Positions 38,890 through 52,700 of a DNA stretch of 64,000 nt are shown here, one piece after another. The notes beneath the pieces were generated by a model. It ran no database searches and was not told the DNA's origin. It saw only the letters and a program-made list of their open reading frames with translations. Both the position numbers and the translations under genes were made by a program. Source of the DNA: Nemertoderma westbladi (lineage: Eukaryota; Animalia; Xenacoelomorpha); contig JAUCBJ010007179.1 of assembly GCA_032718475.1 (NCBI GenBank), positions 62,001 to 126,000 on the forward strand. The letters are read 5' to 3'. Every line of letters starts with the position of its first letter. Positions within the stretch are counted from its first letter, which is position 1.

Positions 38890-41800
38890 CATGTATTACT
38901 AAATAATAGATCGGAACATGGATAACTAAATAATAGATCGGAACATGTATTACTAAATAATAGATCGGAACATGTATTACTAAATAATCATTATCGGAAC
39001 ATGTATTACTAAATAATAGATCGGAACATGTATTACTAAATAATAGATCGGAACAGGGATTACTAAATAATAGATCGGAACATGGATAACTAAATAATCA
39101 TTATCGGAACATGTATTACTAAATAATAGATCGGAACATGGATAACTAAATAATAGATCGGAACATGGATAACTAAATAATCATTATCGGAACATGTATT
39201 ACTAAATAATAGATCGGAACATGTATTACTAAATAATCATTATCGGAACATGTATTACTAAATAATAGATCGGAACATGGATAACTAAATAATAGATCGG
39301 AACATGGATAACTAAATAATCATTATCGGAACATGTATTACTAAATAATAGATCGGAACATGGATTACTAAATAATAGATCGGAACATGGATAACTAAAT
39401 AATCATTATCGGAACATGTATTACTAAATAATAGATCGGAACATGGATAACTAAATAATAGATCGGAACATGGATAACTAAATAATCATTATCGGAACAT
39501 GTATTACTAAATAATAGATCGGAACATGTATTACTAAATAATAGATCGGAACATGGATAACTAAATAATCATTATCGGAACATGTATTACTAAATAATAG
39601 ATCGGAACATGTATTACTAAATAATCATTATCGGAACATGTATTACTAAATAATAGATCGGAACATGGATAACTAAATAATAGATCGGAACATGGATAAC
39701 TAAATAATCATTATCGGAACATGTATTACTAAATAATAGATCGGAACATGGATTACTAAATAATAGATCGGAACATGGATAACTAAATAATCATTATCGG
39801 AACATGTATTACTAAATAATAGATCGGAACATGTATTACTAAATAATCATTATCGGAACATGTATTACTAAATAATAGATCGGAACATGGATTACTAAAT
39901 AATAGATCGGAACATGGATAACTAAATAATCATTATCGGAACATGTATTACTAAATAATAGATCGGAACATGGATAACTAAATAATAGATCGGAACATGG
40001 ATAACTAAATAATCATTATCGGAACATGTATTACTAAATAATAGATCGGAACATGGATTACTAAATAATAGATCGGAACATGGATAACTAAATAATCATT
40101 ATCGGAACATGTATTACTAAATAATAGATCGGAACATGGATAACTAAATAATAGATCGGAACATGGATAACTAAATAATCATTATCGGAACATGTATTAC
40201 TAAATAATAGATCGGAACATGGATTACTAAATAATAGATCGGAACATGGATAACTAAATAATCATTATCGGAACATGTATTACTAAATAATAGATCGGAA
40301 CATGTATTACTAAATAATCATTATCGGAACATGTATTACTAAATAATAGATCGGAACATGGATAACTAAATAATAGATCGGAACATGGATAACTAAATAA
40401 TCATTATCGGAACATGTATTACTAAATAATAGATCGGAACATGGATTACTAAATAATAGATCGGAACATGGATAACTAAATAATCATTATCGGAACATGT
40501 ATTACTAAATAATAGATCGGAACATGTATTACTAAATAATCATTATCGGAACATGTATTACTAAATAATAGATCGGAACATGGATTACTAAATAATAGAT
40601 CGGAACATGGATAACTAAATAATCATTATCGGAACATGTATTACTAAATAATAGATCGGAACATGGATTACTAAATAATAGATCAGAACATGGATAACTA
40701 AATAATCATTATCGGAACATGTATTACTAAATAATAGATCGGAACATGTATTACTAAATAATCATTATCGGAACATGTATTACTAAATAATAGATCGGAA
40801 CATGGATAACTAAATAATAGATCGGAACATGGATAACTAAATAATCATTATCGGAACATGTATTACTAAATAATAGATCGGAACATGGATTACTAAATAA
40901 TAGATCGGAACATGGATAACTAAATAATCATTATCGGAACATGTATTACTAAATAATAGATCGGAACATGTATTACTAAATAATCATTATCGGAACATGT
41001 ATTACTAAATAATAGATCGGAACATGGATTACTAAATAATAGATCGGAACATGGATAACTAAATAATCATTATCGGAACATGTATTACTAAATAATAGAT
41101 CGGAACATGTATTACTAAATAATCATTATCGGAACATGTATTACTAAATAATATATCGCTACATGTATTACTAAATAATAGATCGGAACATGTATTACTA
41201 AATAATAGATCGGAACATGGATAACTAAATAATCATTATCGGAACATGTATTACTAAATAATAGATCGGAACATGTATTACTAAATAATCATTATCGGAA
41301 CATGTATTACTAAATAATATATCGCTACATGTATTACTAAATAATAGATCGGAACATGTATTACTAAATAATAGATCGGAACATGGATAACTAAATAATA
41401 GATCGGAACATGGATAACTAAATAATCATTATCGGAACATGTATTACTAAATAATAGATCGGAACATGGATTACTAAATAATAGATCGGAACATGGATAA
41501 CTAAATAATCATTATCGGAACATGTATTACTAAATAATAGATCGGAACATGGATTACTAAATAATAGATCGGAACATGTATTACTAAATAATCATTATCG
41601 GAACATGTATTACTAAATAATAGATCGGAACATGGATAACTAAATAATAGATCGGAATATGGATAACTAAATAATCATTATCGGAACATGTATTACTAAA
41701 TAATAGATCGGAACATGTATTACTAAATAATAGATCGGAACATGGATAACTAAATAATAGATCGGAACATGTATTACTAAATAATAGATCGGAACATGTT

Positions 41801-43224
41801 TTACTAAATAATAGATCGGAACATGTATTACTAAATAATAGATCGGAACATGGATTACTAAATAATAGATCGGAACATGTATTACTAAATAATAGATCGG
41901 AACATGTATTACTAAATAATCATTATCGGAACATGTATTACTAAATAATAGATCGGAACATGTATTACTAAATAATAGATCGTAACATGGGTTTCTAAAT
42001 AATAGATCGGAACATGTATTACTAAATAATAGATCGGAACATGGATTACTAAATAATAGATCGGAACATGGATAACTAAATAATAGATTGGAACATGGAT
42101 AACTAAATAATCATTATCGGAACATGTATTACTAAATAATAGATCGGAACATGGATAACTAAATAATCATTATCGGAACATGTATTACTAAATAATAGAT
42201 CGGAACATGGATTACTAAATAATAGATCGGAACATGGATAACTAAATAATAGATTGGAACATGGATAACTAAATAATCATTATCGGAACATGGATTACTA
42301 AATAATAGATCGGAACATGGATTACTAAATAATAGATCGGAACAGGGATTACTAAATAATAGATCGGAACATGTATTACTAAATAATAGATCGGAACATG
42401 GATTACTAAATAATAGATCGGAACATGTATTACTAAATAATCATTATCGGAACATGTATTACTAAATAATAGATCGGAACATGGATTACTAAATAATAGA
42501 TCGTAACATGGATAACTAAATAATAGATTGGAACATGGATAACTAAATAATCATTATCGGAACATGTATTACTAAATAATAGATCGGAACATGTATTACT
42601 AAATAATAGATCGGGACATGGATAACTAAATAATAGATCGGAACATGGATTACTAAATAATCATTATCGGAACATGTATTACTAAATAATAGATCGGAAC
42701 ATGTATTACTAAATAATAGATCGGGACATGGATAACTAAATAATAGATCGGAACATGGATTACTAAATAATCATTATCGGAACATGTATTACTAAATAAT
42801 AGATCGGAACATGTATTACTAAATAATAGATCGGAACATGTATTACTAAATAATAGATCGGGACATGGATAACTAAATAATAGATCGGAACATGGATTAC
42901 TAAATAATCATTATCGGAACATGTATTACTAAATAATAGATCGGAACATGTATTACTAAATAATAGATCGGGACATGGATAACTAAATAATAGATCGGAA
43001 CATGGATTACTAAATAATCATTATCGGAACATGTATTACTAAATAATAGATCGGAACATGTATTACTAAATAATAGATCGGGACATGGATAACTAAATAA
43101 TAGATCGGAACATGTATTACTAAATAATAGATCGGAACAGGGATTACTAAATAATAGATCGGAACATGTATTACTAAATAATCATTATCGGAACATGTAT
43201 TACTAAATAATAGATCGGAACATG
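38890..43224. repeat. 27-bp satellite array, block 2
   Basis: Same monomer and variants as block 1. Confidence 0.98.
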
Positions 43225-44497
43225 TGTAAAAGCTTCTGTGGGATATAACTGGCCCCTTTGCTTCGCAATCCAGTTTCCCCCTAGGCGCTGGAATACTCTA
43301 AAAGGGTTCTCTAACTGTATATATATTCCCCTTGCCCGCAAGGTACCGTTACAGGTGTTTTTAACGGACATAAAAGTCATTCTTCTATATACGTGTTTTA
43401 GCGGACATGGTAAGGCAAAAAACCCGCAATACGGCAAATACTTTACACAGTTTAGCCGTGATGATTCAGATTACGACATCTAACAGCTGGTTGCTTAAAT
43501 GGAAACAGCCATTTTACGCATGGTTCTTTGTTTGGCTTCAGCCAATCAGAGCGATTCTCTCTGTCGATGTGGAGCTTTGAGCCGATCATACTGGGATTGT
43601 TCAGTCTTACAGTTTTTTACTGATACTTTGTTGTTATTGCTGTCTAAGCCAGAAACAACGGCTCGAGAAAGAAACATTAGTAGGCTTAAATTATAGAGCG
43701 TATGACTGTGATCAGTACACAGTCTAATTCACGGCACAATTTGGACACTTAACATATCACTGTATATATCTGTTCATATCATATCTTAACCTACCGTCTT
43801 AATATTTTTACTGTTGTTATTATTTTATATCAGTTGATTGAAGATTATTTGGAGAACGTTTATAAAGAACCCAAATTTCCCAATTTTCTTGATACACTAC
43901 AGGTTAGAGAGGCGGGTTATATTTATAGCGATTGCGACTTATATTATTGTGGTGTGTATTGAATTTAATGCTATTTGATAAGCACTACATTGGTCCGTTG
44001 CTATTTTCTTTATATATGATAAAATTCATTGACGGTCGGCAAGTTAGTGAGCAGTATTTTGTGTTACCGGTAGTGTGCATGATTGTGGCTGATAACTAAG
44101 CATTTCCTAAAGAATGAGCCTCATACGTGAATCATAAGCCTTACCGACTTACCGTTGTGATTAGTGTAAGTCATATCTCTGTTTACTTAGATAGAGCGCC
44201 ACGTCCTAAAGGAACTGTTAATATTTCCCGAAAGTGAATAATATTAGTCAGAAATTATTTATTAACGATCAATCGAATAATACAATACCGTAAGCTTCAC
44301 TGCAATAATAATCTAAGCCGACAGAATCCAGTCTCCCGGGATTATCCAGCGGGTGAATGGACGCGCACTAGGCTGGCTTCTGCTAATGTTGTGTTTATTG
44401 GTATTAAATATTGTCATCTTCTAGAGTCGATTTATAAACCAAAAGACATATAAATTTTGGCAGGTTAAACTGCTAAAGGTCTTCAAAAGCGCGTACA
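43225..44497 (+). repeat. 5' LTR of element 2
   Basis: About 8 substitutions versus 60805-62077 counted by eye. CCAAT at 43542 and Inr-like TCAGT at 43601 are conserved in element 1. Confidence 0.95.
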
Positions 44498-44508
44498 ATA
44501 ACAGTCAT
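44498..44508 (+). promoter_or_regulatory. Non-tRNA primer-binding site of element 2 (ATAACAGTCAT)
   Basis: Abuts the LTR and is the perfect reverse complement of ATGACTGTTAT at 61282-61292 (3' LTR). The 5' LTR copy at 43702-43712 has one mismatch. Confidence 0.72.
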
Positions 44509-44563
44509 TGACTTTATTGCAGTAAGCAATAAAGTTGAAAGTACCGATCGACCGGTAAACCTG

Positions 44564-44690
44564 AACCGGTACTTCTGTAGGTCAGTAGGCCCAACTGCCA
44601 GAACCGGTACTGCTGTAGGTCCGTAGGTCCAACTGCCAGAACCGGCACTTCTGTAGGTCCGTAGGCCCAACTGTCCTAACCGGTACTTCC
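44564..44690 (+). repeat. 38-bp tandem repeat x3.3 in the element 2 leader
   Basis: AACCGGTACTTCTGTAGGTC(A/C)GTAGGCCCAACTGCCAG repeated; about one copy in element 1 at ~29483. Confidence 0.85.
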
Positions 44691-46731
44691 AGTATAAGTA
44701 CATTAGTATTATTCGATTTTGATTATAGTATACCGGTAGGTCTTAGTATTTAATCAGGGAACGGCCGCCCTGGTTTTTATTGAGATTTTACTTATTTCTG
44801 TCGGTTTTATTTACATGTAAGTTAATATTGAGCTGAAGACGTGTAAGTCTGCTCAGATTGTTCAGATAACTGTAGGCCAGACTGTTGTCGGATTGTTGTT
44901 GGGTTTGGAGAGATTACGGCGTGTGTGGAGTTTGTCCGATAGAGTGCCAGTTAGTAAGTTGGGGCAACTTGAGTGTAAGGTCAACCCCCTCTTAAAGAAT
45001 AAGTCGTACTACCGTGTTAGAACGCATACTAACTAACGATTTTGGAATCTGCACATACTGTAGTTTATTTAGGCTTGACAGTATTCTGCCAGCGTTTAGG
45101 CCTGTGTTTGTTTGTGTAGTCTGTCCAGGTACCATAATAGTTATTACTCAGATATTTTGTAGGCTGGATTGTTGTCTAGCTATTACTAGGTCTGAAGAGA
45201 TTGCTGCTTGTGTAGAGTTTGTCTGATAAAGTGCCAGTTAGTAAGTTGGGGCAGTCATAACTGTAAGGTCAATCCCCTCTTAAAGAATAAGTCGTACTAC
45301 CGTGTTAGAACGCATACTAACTAACCGTTTTGGAATCTGCACATACAGTAGTTTATTTAGGCTTGGTGGTAGTCTGCCAGCGTTTGGTTTGTATTTTGTT
45401 TGAGTATTCTGTACGGGTAGCGTAATATTTATTATTCAGAGTTTATGCGATTATTCGCAACATTCATGTCCCCAAGTTTATTCCTACAGTAATTGTGTTT
45501 GTTACACATACCGTTATAGTTAAATTAACCCCGGTACTACACGGGCTGCTTGGCGTAGGTAAAGACTGGTGACTTTGTGCTCCGGTCACTCCAGCAGATG
45601 CCGTGGTTCTTTTAACTGTTCAAGTATATTTAACTACTGATTATTTGTTATACCAGTACTTGTACCTAATTTAGGGTTTAGTGTACAGTGCTTTCCAAAG
45701 TAATTAGTGTGTAGGCAGTATATTTGTGTTGTAAAGTGGTTAATAGGCACGCTGGATCTGGTAGTCCGCGGTAATTAACTTCTAGGTAGGAACAATCCGT
45801 GATACATAACGTAGTACCTATAGCGATACGGTTATAGGTCGTCAGGCGGTGGTATTTTCCTATCTGGACAATGCAGTGTATTTACTACTACTTATTATTT
45901 CAAATACCGTAGTACCCTGTCCGTTGTAATAACCAGAATTCTAACCCTTTGTTAGGCTGGTTTGTAGACTTCCTGTAAAATTACCCTAAAAATATTCGTA
46001 CGTAATATTTTCGTTGTGTTTAATTAGAGATTTAATCTCACCCGTATCGTAAGTAATTTGTAGTATTAAGTAACTTAGGTAAATTAGAATTATCTGTTTT
46101 AGTGTCCCATAAATAGCACTTCACTGAGAGCGCACAGCTTCTGTGTAGTGACTCCCCTAGAAATAATGACATTTATTTCAAATATAGACAAAACCCTTTT
46201 AACGGGTATATATATATATTATAAATCAACTCAAACGATTTATAAGTAGTAGGCCTGCCATACAACAACTAGGTCTCAATATCAGTTGGACTACTGCTTA
46301 AATAACGGTAACAAAGTAAGTTAGAGTAACCAAGTAACCCTAAATATTCAGAAATTCAATTATTCTAAAATAATTGACATACCGGTATTTATCATAGGCT
46401 TATTATATTTATTTCTATAAATTTGAGTTAAAATCATACCGGTATTCTGTAATTAATTCTAGTTCATAATTATACTTATATATACTATAAGTGTAAGCTG
46501 TATACCGGTATTCACGATAGGCCTATTATATATTTATATATATTTGTGCTAAATTTATATACCGGTACTCTGTGACAAACCTAGTTTACAATACTTATAT
46601 ATACTATAAGTGTATACCGGTATTCTAATATACTGTAATAAATTACTGGTACTAGGCCAACGGTCATACTGAATTACTGGACTTGCTTTAACTGTAACTA
46701 TAGCAGTAAGCATTCAACTGTATAGCTAAAC

Positions 46732-49700
46732 ATGTCTGACACTCAGCAAAACCTGTCAGATAGTCTAATCGATACAACCATCTGTGACACAGATAGGAGT
46801 GTGGAGCGATTAAGAAAGGAGTTCAGCTCACCTCCTACTGAGAGAAAGGTCATTCCCCCACCAGTAGTATCAGACCCTAGGCTAATCCAACACCGTAGGT
46901 CTATCATCGGCACTCGGGCCCAAGTCAAACGGAACCAGGAAGCAGCTGTTCCACAGCAGCAACAGCCTAGTCAAGAAACTTGTTCCCAGCGATCCGATAG
47001 CTCCAGTAGTTCGGATACTGTCGAGCTGACCCCCGAACGCGGATTGCAGATGGCGGCTACAGCCTACTCGGACCCTCTTCTCACCCTTCCTGCCGCAGTG
47101 CTAACCACTATATTGATTGCGGTGGAGGAACATCAAGCAGATTGGGCGAGGAATAAGAAAGCGACCCAAGATAATTATGCGGGATACGCCAGGGAAGAAT
47201 TGATGTCTATTGTCGAGTCACAATGGAACTTTCCCGGACCTGGACTCCCATTAGATCTGTCCGAAGCTACTTGGGAAGATATACACCGGATGGGAGTGAC
47301 TAAAGATACAATGGATCCAGCTGTTTGGAAGAGGTCGGCAGCAGGATATGTGCAAGGGTTCTTCGGCTCCTTAGAGCGATTAGAAGAACAACTGTTTCGA
47401 CAACCCCAAGGACCTCAAGAGCAGGAAGAGCTGCTATATCAAGTGCGCGAAAGAACCCTACGCATTAGACTAATTCTGTCAGCCTTTGAGGAAACTTCCA
47501 AAAGAAGACAGGACACGTCGCTGCAGGTTTCTGTTAAGACCTGGTTCCAGAGGGTAGGTCGCAAAGTGCAAGAAACGAACCAGTGGAAATCCCAGCTGTC
47601 TGAGAGACTAACTTATGAAGAACCAACCGATGCCACCCTTTCTGAAGTGGAAAGCGAAGAGACCGCAGAGAGACCACGAACGAGAGACGCCATCGACATT
47701 TACCTATCCGACTATCAGCGATTCTTAGGAGACGAAGAGTTGAGATGACGACTGTCTGGACTTTCCCCTAATAGTGAAGGAACCCAGCGTGTGTTAGACT
47801 CAATCGACGCTGAAATGTTGGCGGCTAATCAAGCTGAATTTGATGAAAAACTCCGCCTCACTAGAGTTCAAGAAGAACAAGTAAAGAAAAGGAGGATAGA
47901 GGACCAAAGGGCAGCGGCAATCGCAGAAGCCGAAGCAGAAAGAAAGGAGGCAGCGGCAAGGGCAGAAGCAGAAATACAAAGAAAGGCGGCCATGGCAGAA
48001 GCAGAAATACAAAGAAAGGCAGCGGCGGCAGAAGCAAAGGCGGCCATGGCAGAAGCAGAAGCAAGGGTGGAAAAGGCAGTAGCGGAAGCAGAACGGAGAG
48101 CGTCTGAGCAGACTACCCAACTGGAGTTGGAAAAGCTGCAAGAGACGCAAGATAACATAAATAAACAGTTAACTGCTAGTCACATGCAAATGATGAGAAA
48201 ATCTACTCCCAAACGCCAGGGCTATACTTCATCAGAGGAAAGCGAAACCACCGATCCTGAAGGCGGAGGAAATAGATCTCGTCTAAGCAGGCGTAGAAAA
48301 ACATCTTACCGTCACAAATTACCTGATTTGCCCCCAGCTGTTAAAAGACAACTAACTAGCACAGACTTAGGTAGTGCAGAACCCATAGAACAATTTATCC
48401 AGGTCAAAAGACTCCCTACTATAGTCGATGAGCCTGAAATAATTAGGCCTGTCGTTCCCAAAGTCACTCCTGTGCTAGAGACCCCTGCACTTCCAGAGCT
48501 TAACTCTAAATTCCCTTTACATAGTACTACACTGCCTGTACCCGGTGGAACAGTCCATGCAAATACCCCTGTCCTGAGCATTGAGAGAGGAATCAAAGAT
48601 TTGTCTCCCGTCGTCCCGCGTCAACCCGCTACAATGTTGGCGACTCCCGCTTCGGCGGTTGAGTGGGTAGAGGAGGGACGGCGGGGGATGAACCTCCTGC
48701 TCGGACAGATGCAGGAGACTGTCCACCAGCTTAAGGGAACAGTAAGGGAAAGTAGGGCAGAATTGCAAGAAGTGCAGCAAAGTATCGCACTAGAACGCGA
48801 TAAATTAGTCAATATACAAAAGGGCATACCAATACCCCCTGTAACATTGTGTCAACCTGTTAGGTCTAAAGTATTACATGCGCAAGGTGTGGAGCCTACA
48901 CGCATCTATACTGCTAGTGAAGTAGAAACTCCTATAGCAAACCCTATTAAGGGTGATTATAGACCTGTTATTAATGATATTCCCTATAGACCTGATAATG
49001 ATCCGAGAAATTTATATACCGATAATTCGATATTAAATAACACGATGGCCCAAGAAAGCTTTACGCGGCAGATGGCTAGAACAGAAGCCCGCCAAGCGGT
49101 CAAAGTGGGAGAGATCGTCAAATTCAATGGAGATGAGATGAAATGGTTACCTTTCAACGAATATTACAAAGACAGCATACAGAACTCTGTGCTATCTAAC
49201 GGAGAGAAACTTAGGTTCCTCATCAAGTGCTTGGAAGGACCTCCCAAGTTAATGGCGTTAAAGTTTATTGGACATCCAGAAGGATTAAGACAAGTTTGGG
49301 ATACATTAAACATCAGGTATGGTAACAAGGATAACATAGCTAAGTATTTGTATGCAAAATTAGTAGCCCCTCGACACTTCCTTAGTAGCGGGATTATAGA
49401 GTTTTCTGATGAAATTCAGGAAATCTGTAGACAATTGGACTGGTTAGGTAAGTCTCATGAATATCAGAGTTCCATGGTTATTGGAGCCGTAGTCTCTACT
49501 TTACCAAAGGGTGGAGTATGTACACGCTGGGACAAGAAAGTGTTGTACATGAATGAACAACAACGACGAAGTCCTACCATGGCTGATCTCATGTCCTTCT
49601 TAGATGGTGAGGTAAAACTACAACTCATCAAGCAGTCCAGAGAGAAAACATCGGAAAATAAGGTAAGTGAGAAACCCGCTTCTAGGAGAAGAGTAACACC

Positions 49701-52700
49701 GGTGTGTTACACTGACGACGGCGAAAGCCAAGCTTCTCAAGAAGAAGACAGCGGGAAAGACACCGAACGATCTTACTATGTTGACAAAACCTCAAAGGGC
49801 GTAAGTAAATACAAGGCTCGAAACAACGATAGGAGAGAACAGGCTGCCAAGACCCCTCCTCAGTCTCCTAACAGAATGCGCGGGAGAAAGCCCGAAGAAA
49901 GAACGAGAGTGCATCAGATTACCCAAGGTAAAGTAAGTAACATAAAACCTAACTGTGCGCTGTGCGACGGGACCCACCGTTTGAGTGCGTGTGCGGAATT
50001 TCTAAAGAAATCCCTTGTAGACAGACGTACAGTTGTGTGGGACAAGCGGTTATGCTATAATTGCCTCAGACCAGGACACCAACGGCGAACCTGTTACTCC
50101 GACATAAAGTGTGAAAAGTGTGGCGCGAAACATCACATCTTGTTACATAGTGAGTTCGAACGAGACAAGCAGAGTCAGGTAAGTGAGTCCGAACTACATG
50201 TCCAATTCAGTGATGTAAATGACACTGAGCAGGAGTCTGAGATGGAAGGATTCTATACTGACGAATTCTCCGACGCCAACGAATCCTGTTATCTAATCAA
50301 TACCGCAGTGTATCGAGCACTTACTTACGAAAAGGACACCACCAATGAGTTTTCCCCAACTACTTTTGCCAAACAACCATCTTGGAAAACGCCAACTTCC
50401 AACGTAGGAATCAGAGAATTTCCTGTAGTGCAAGTAAGAATTCATGGTACTCACCACAGTTACATAGTGAACGCACTCCTTGATTCCGGCAGCACAGGAA
50501 CATTCATAGATCAAGAATTAGCCGAAGACATCTTTGCTGGACAACCCAAATTCCGGACAAAATTGAATATGTCAGGAATTATGCAGGTATGGAAATCTAC
50601 CCTAACGGCAGATTACTACGTAGGTGTGTTGTCCACTCCCCAGGATAAGTTAGGAACACAAGGTATAAGGTCGGTAAAAATGGTGGCTATAAAGAACTTC
50701 GCTACTACTCAAGCAGACCTTTATAATTGGGACGAGGATGAGAGCATCCAACATCTTAAGATACCTCGGTTCCAGACAGATTATCCTGGAGTGCAAATAC
50801 TCATCGGCCAAAACGCGCACGAGGCGCTCGAAACATTGGAGAAACGGCCTGCTCAACCGCAGCCACTGCAAACCTATACGGTAAGAACTAGAGTAGGTTG
50901 GTACTTTACTGGCCCTTCCCGCAGGACTCTCGAAGAGAGAATGCCACAAGAACGAGTAGATCATGTGAGCGATTGGAGCGAGGAGAGCAGTGAGGTGGAC
51001 GAACTAACTGAGGGAACACCATACTCCTCAGATAACGATGACACTTATCAACTCTTCGATGAGGAGAACACCATAGACTTACTTACAGAAAACCAAACTT
51101 GGAAAGATCAGGTGAACCTATGTCAACTGATTCACCCATCGGAACCCATCGCTTACAATGACGAACTCAACGATGAGATAGAGCGCTGCAACGCTAGAAC
51201 TCGGGACGAACTAGCCGTACGATTCTTTACTCAGGAACTTGTAGAGCCCAATTCGTATGATAAGGCTCTATCGATAGAAGAAGAAAGAGCCAAGCAAATC
51301 CAGGAAACAACTACACGTTTTTTAAAAGACCAAGGTAGGTATGAAATCGGCCTGCCATTTCGAAAACGAGAACCTAGATTTATAAATAACAGACCCTTGG
51401 CAGAGAAAAGAATCGCTCAATTACATCGACGCCTTACAGCTAATGCTTCAGCGAAAGAAATGTACCAAACTCAGCTGAAGAAATTTATAACAAAGGGATA
51501 CGCGGAGCGAGTACCGGAAGGAACACCAGTGACTGAGAGAACGTATTACTTAACACATCATTACGTTCCCAAACCCGGTAAGCCCCATGAAGTACGAGTC
51601 GTATTCGATGGCTCTGCTCTATATATGGGCCAATCCCTTAATTCCGAGTTGTTACCAGGACCCAATTTACTCCAATCTTTGTTGGGAATACTTTTGAGAT
51701 TAAGACAGTATTCCATCGCGTTCGCTTCCGATATCTAAGGAATGTTCTTACAAGTCAAGGCGCTGGAGAGAGATAGAGACCGCCTGAGATTTCTGTGGTG
51801 GCCTGAAGGAGACCTCAACCAGAAACCGGTAGAGTACTGGATGACCATCCAGGCTTTTGGGATCATATCTAGCCCTTCCAACGCCTGCTCCATAGTGCGA
51901 ACCACTGCGAATGACAACAGAGATTCCTTCTCAAAGGAAGTGATAGACAATATAAAACGTAATATATACATGGACGACAATTTAAGGTCCCTTCCATCAG
52001 TAGAAGAAGCCATAGCTGTCGCAAAAGGAACGGTAGAGTGTTTGAAAAGAGGTGGATTTCGACTAACGAAATTCACTAGCAACTCCCGTGAGTTTCTGGA
52101 AGCCATACCGGTAGAAGACCGCGGAGCGAAAGATCTAGACTTAATAAAGGATGATCTTCCTGAAACCAAGACGCTTGGCTTGAAGTGGGACACTGAAAGA
52201 GACATCCTGTTTTTTCAGTTAAAACAGCGAGATAATCCAGTTCGGACCAAACGGATTTGTTTAAGTATCCTGAGCACTTATTTCGACCCATTGGGATTCA
52301 TTAGCCCAGTTATATTGATTGCTCGGAGTTTAGTACAACAAATGTGGCTTGAAAACCAATCATGGGACGATCCGCTTAAGGGAGAATTGTTAAAGAAATG
52401 GATGAAATGGGAAGATTCTCTACCTGCCATCGAGAACTTTATAATTTCCCGTGCATATTTTGGCCATGTTCTTCCTACGTATTCCTATCAACTCCATGTG
52501 TTTGGAGACGCCAGCGACATGGGAATAGGTATAGTAGCATATCTGCGAGTCGAAACTCCGGATGGAATCAAGGTCGCCTTGGTTACCTCTAAGGCACTGA
52601 TTAACAACAAGTTAAAGGTTCCTCGAGCGGAGTTAAAAGCGGCTTTATACGCTACAGCCATCGGCCGGAACGTAACGGAACAAATCGATTACCCACTGGA

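Noticed and set aside
47746-51738. Programmed read-through at the two in-frame stops of gag-pol
   Set aside because: The TAA falls inside a conserved RT motif (SDI*GMF) and the TGA fits CGA-to-TGA decay. BEL/Pao elements normally have one continuous ORF, so these look like disabling mutations.
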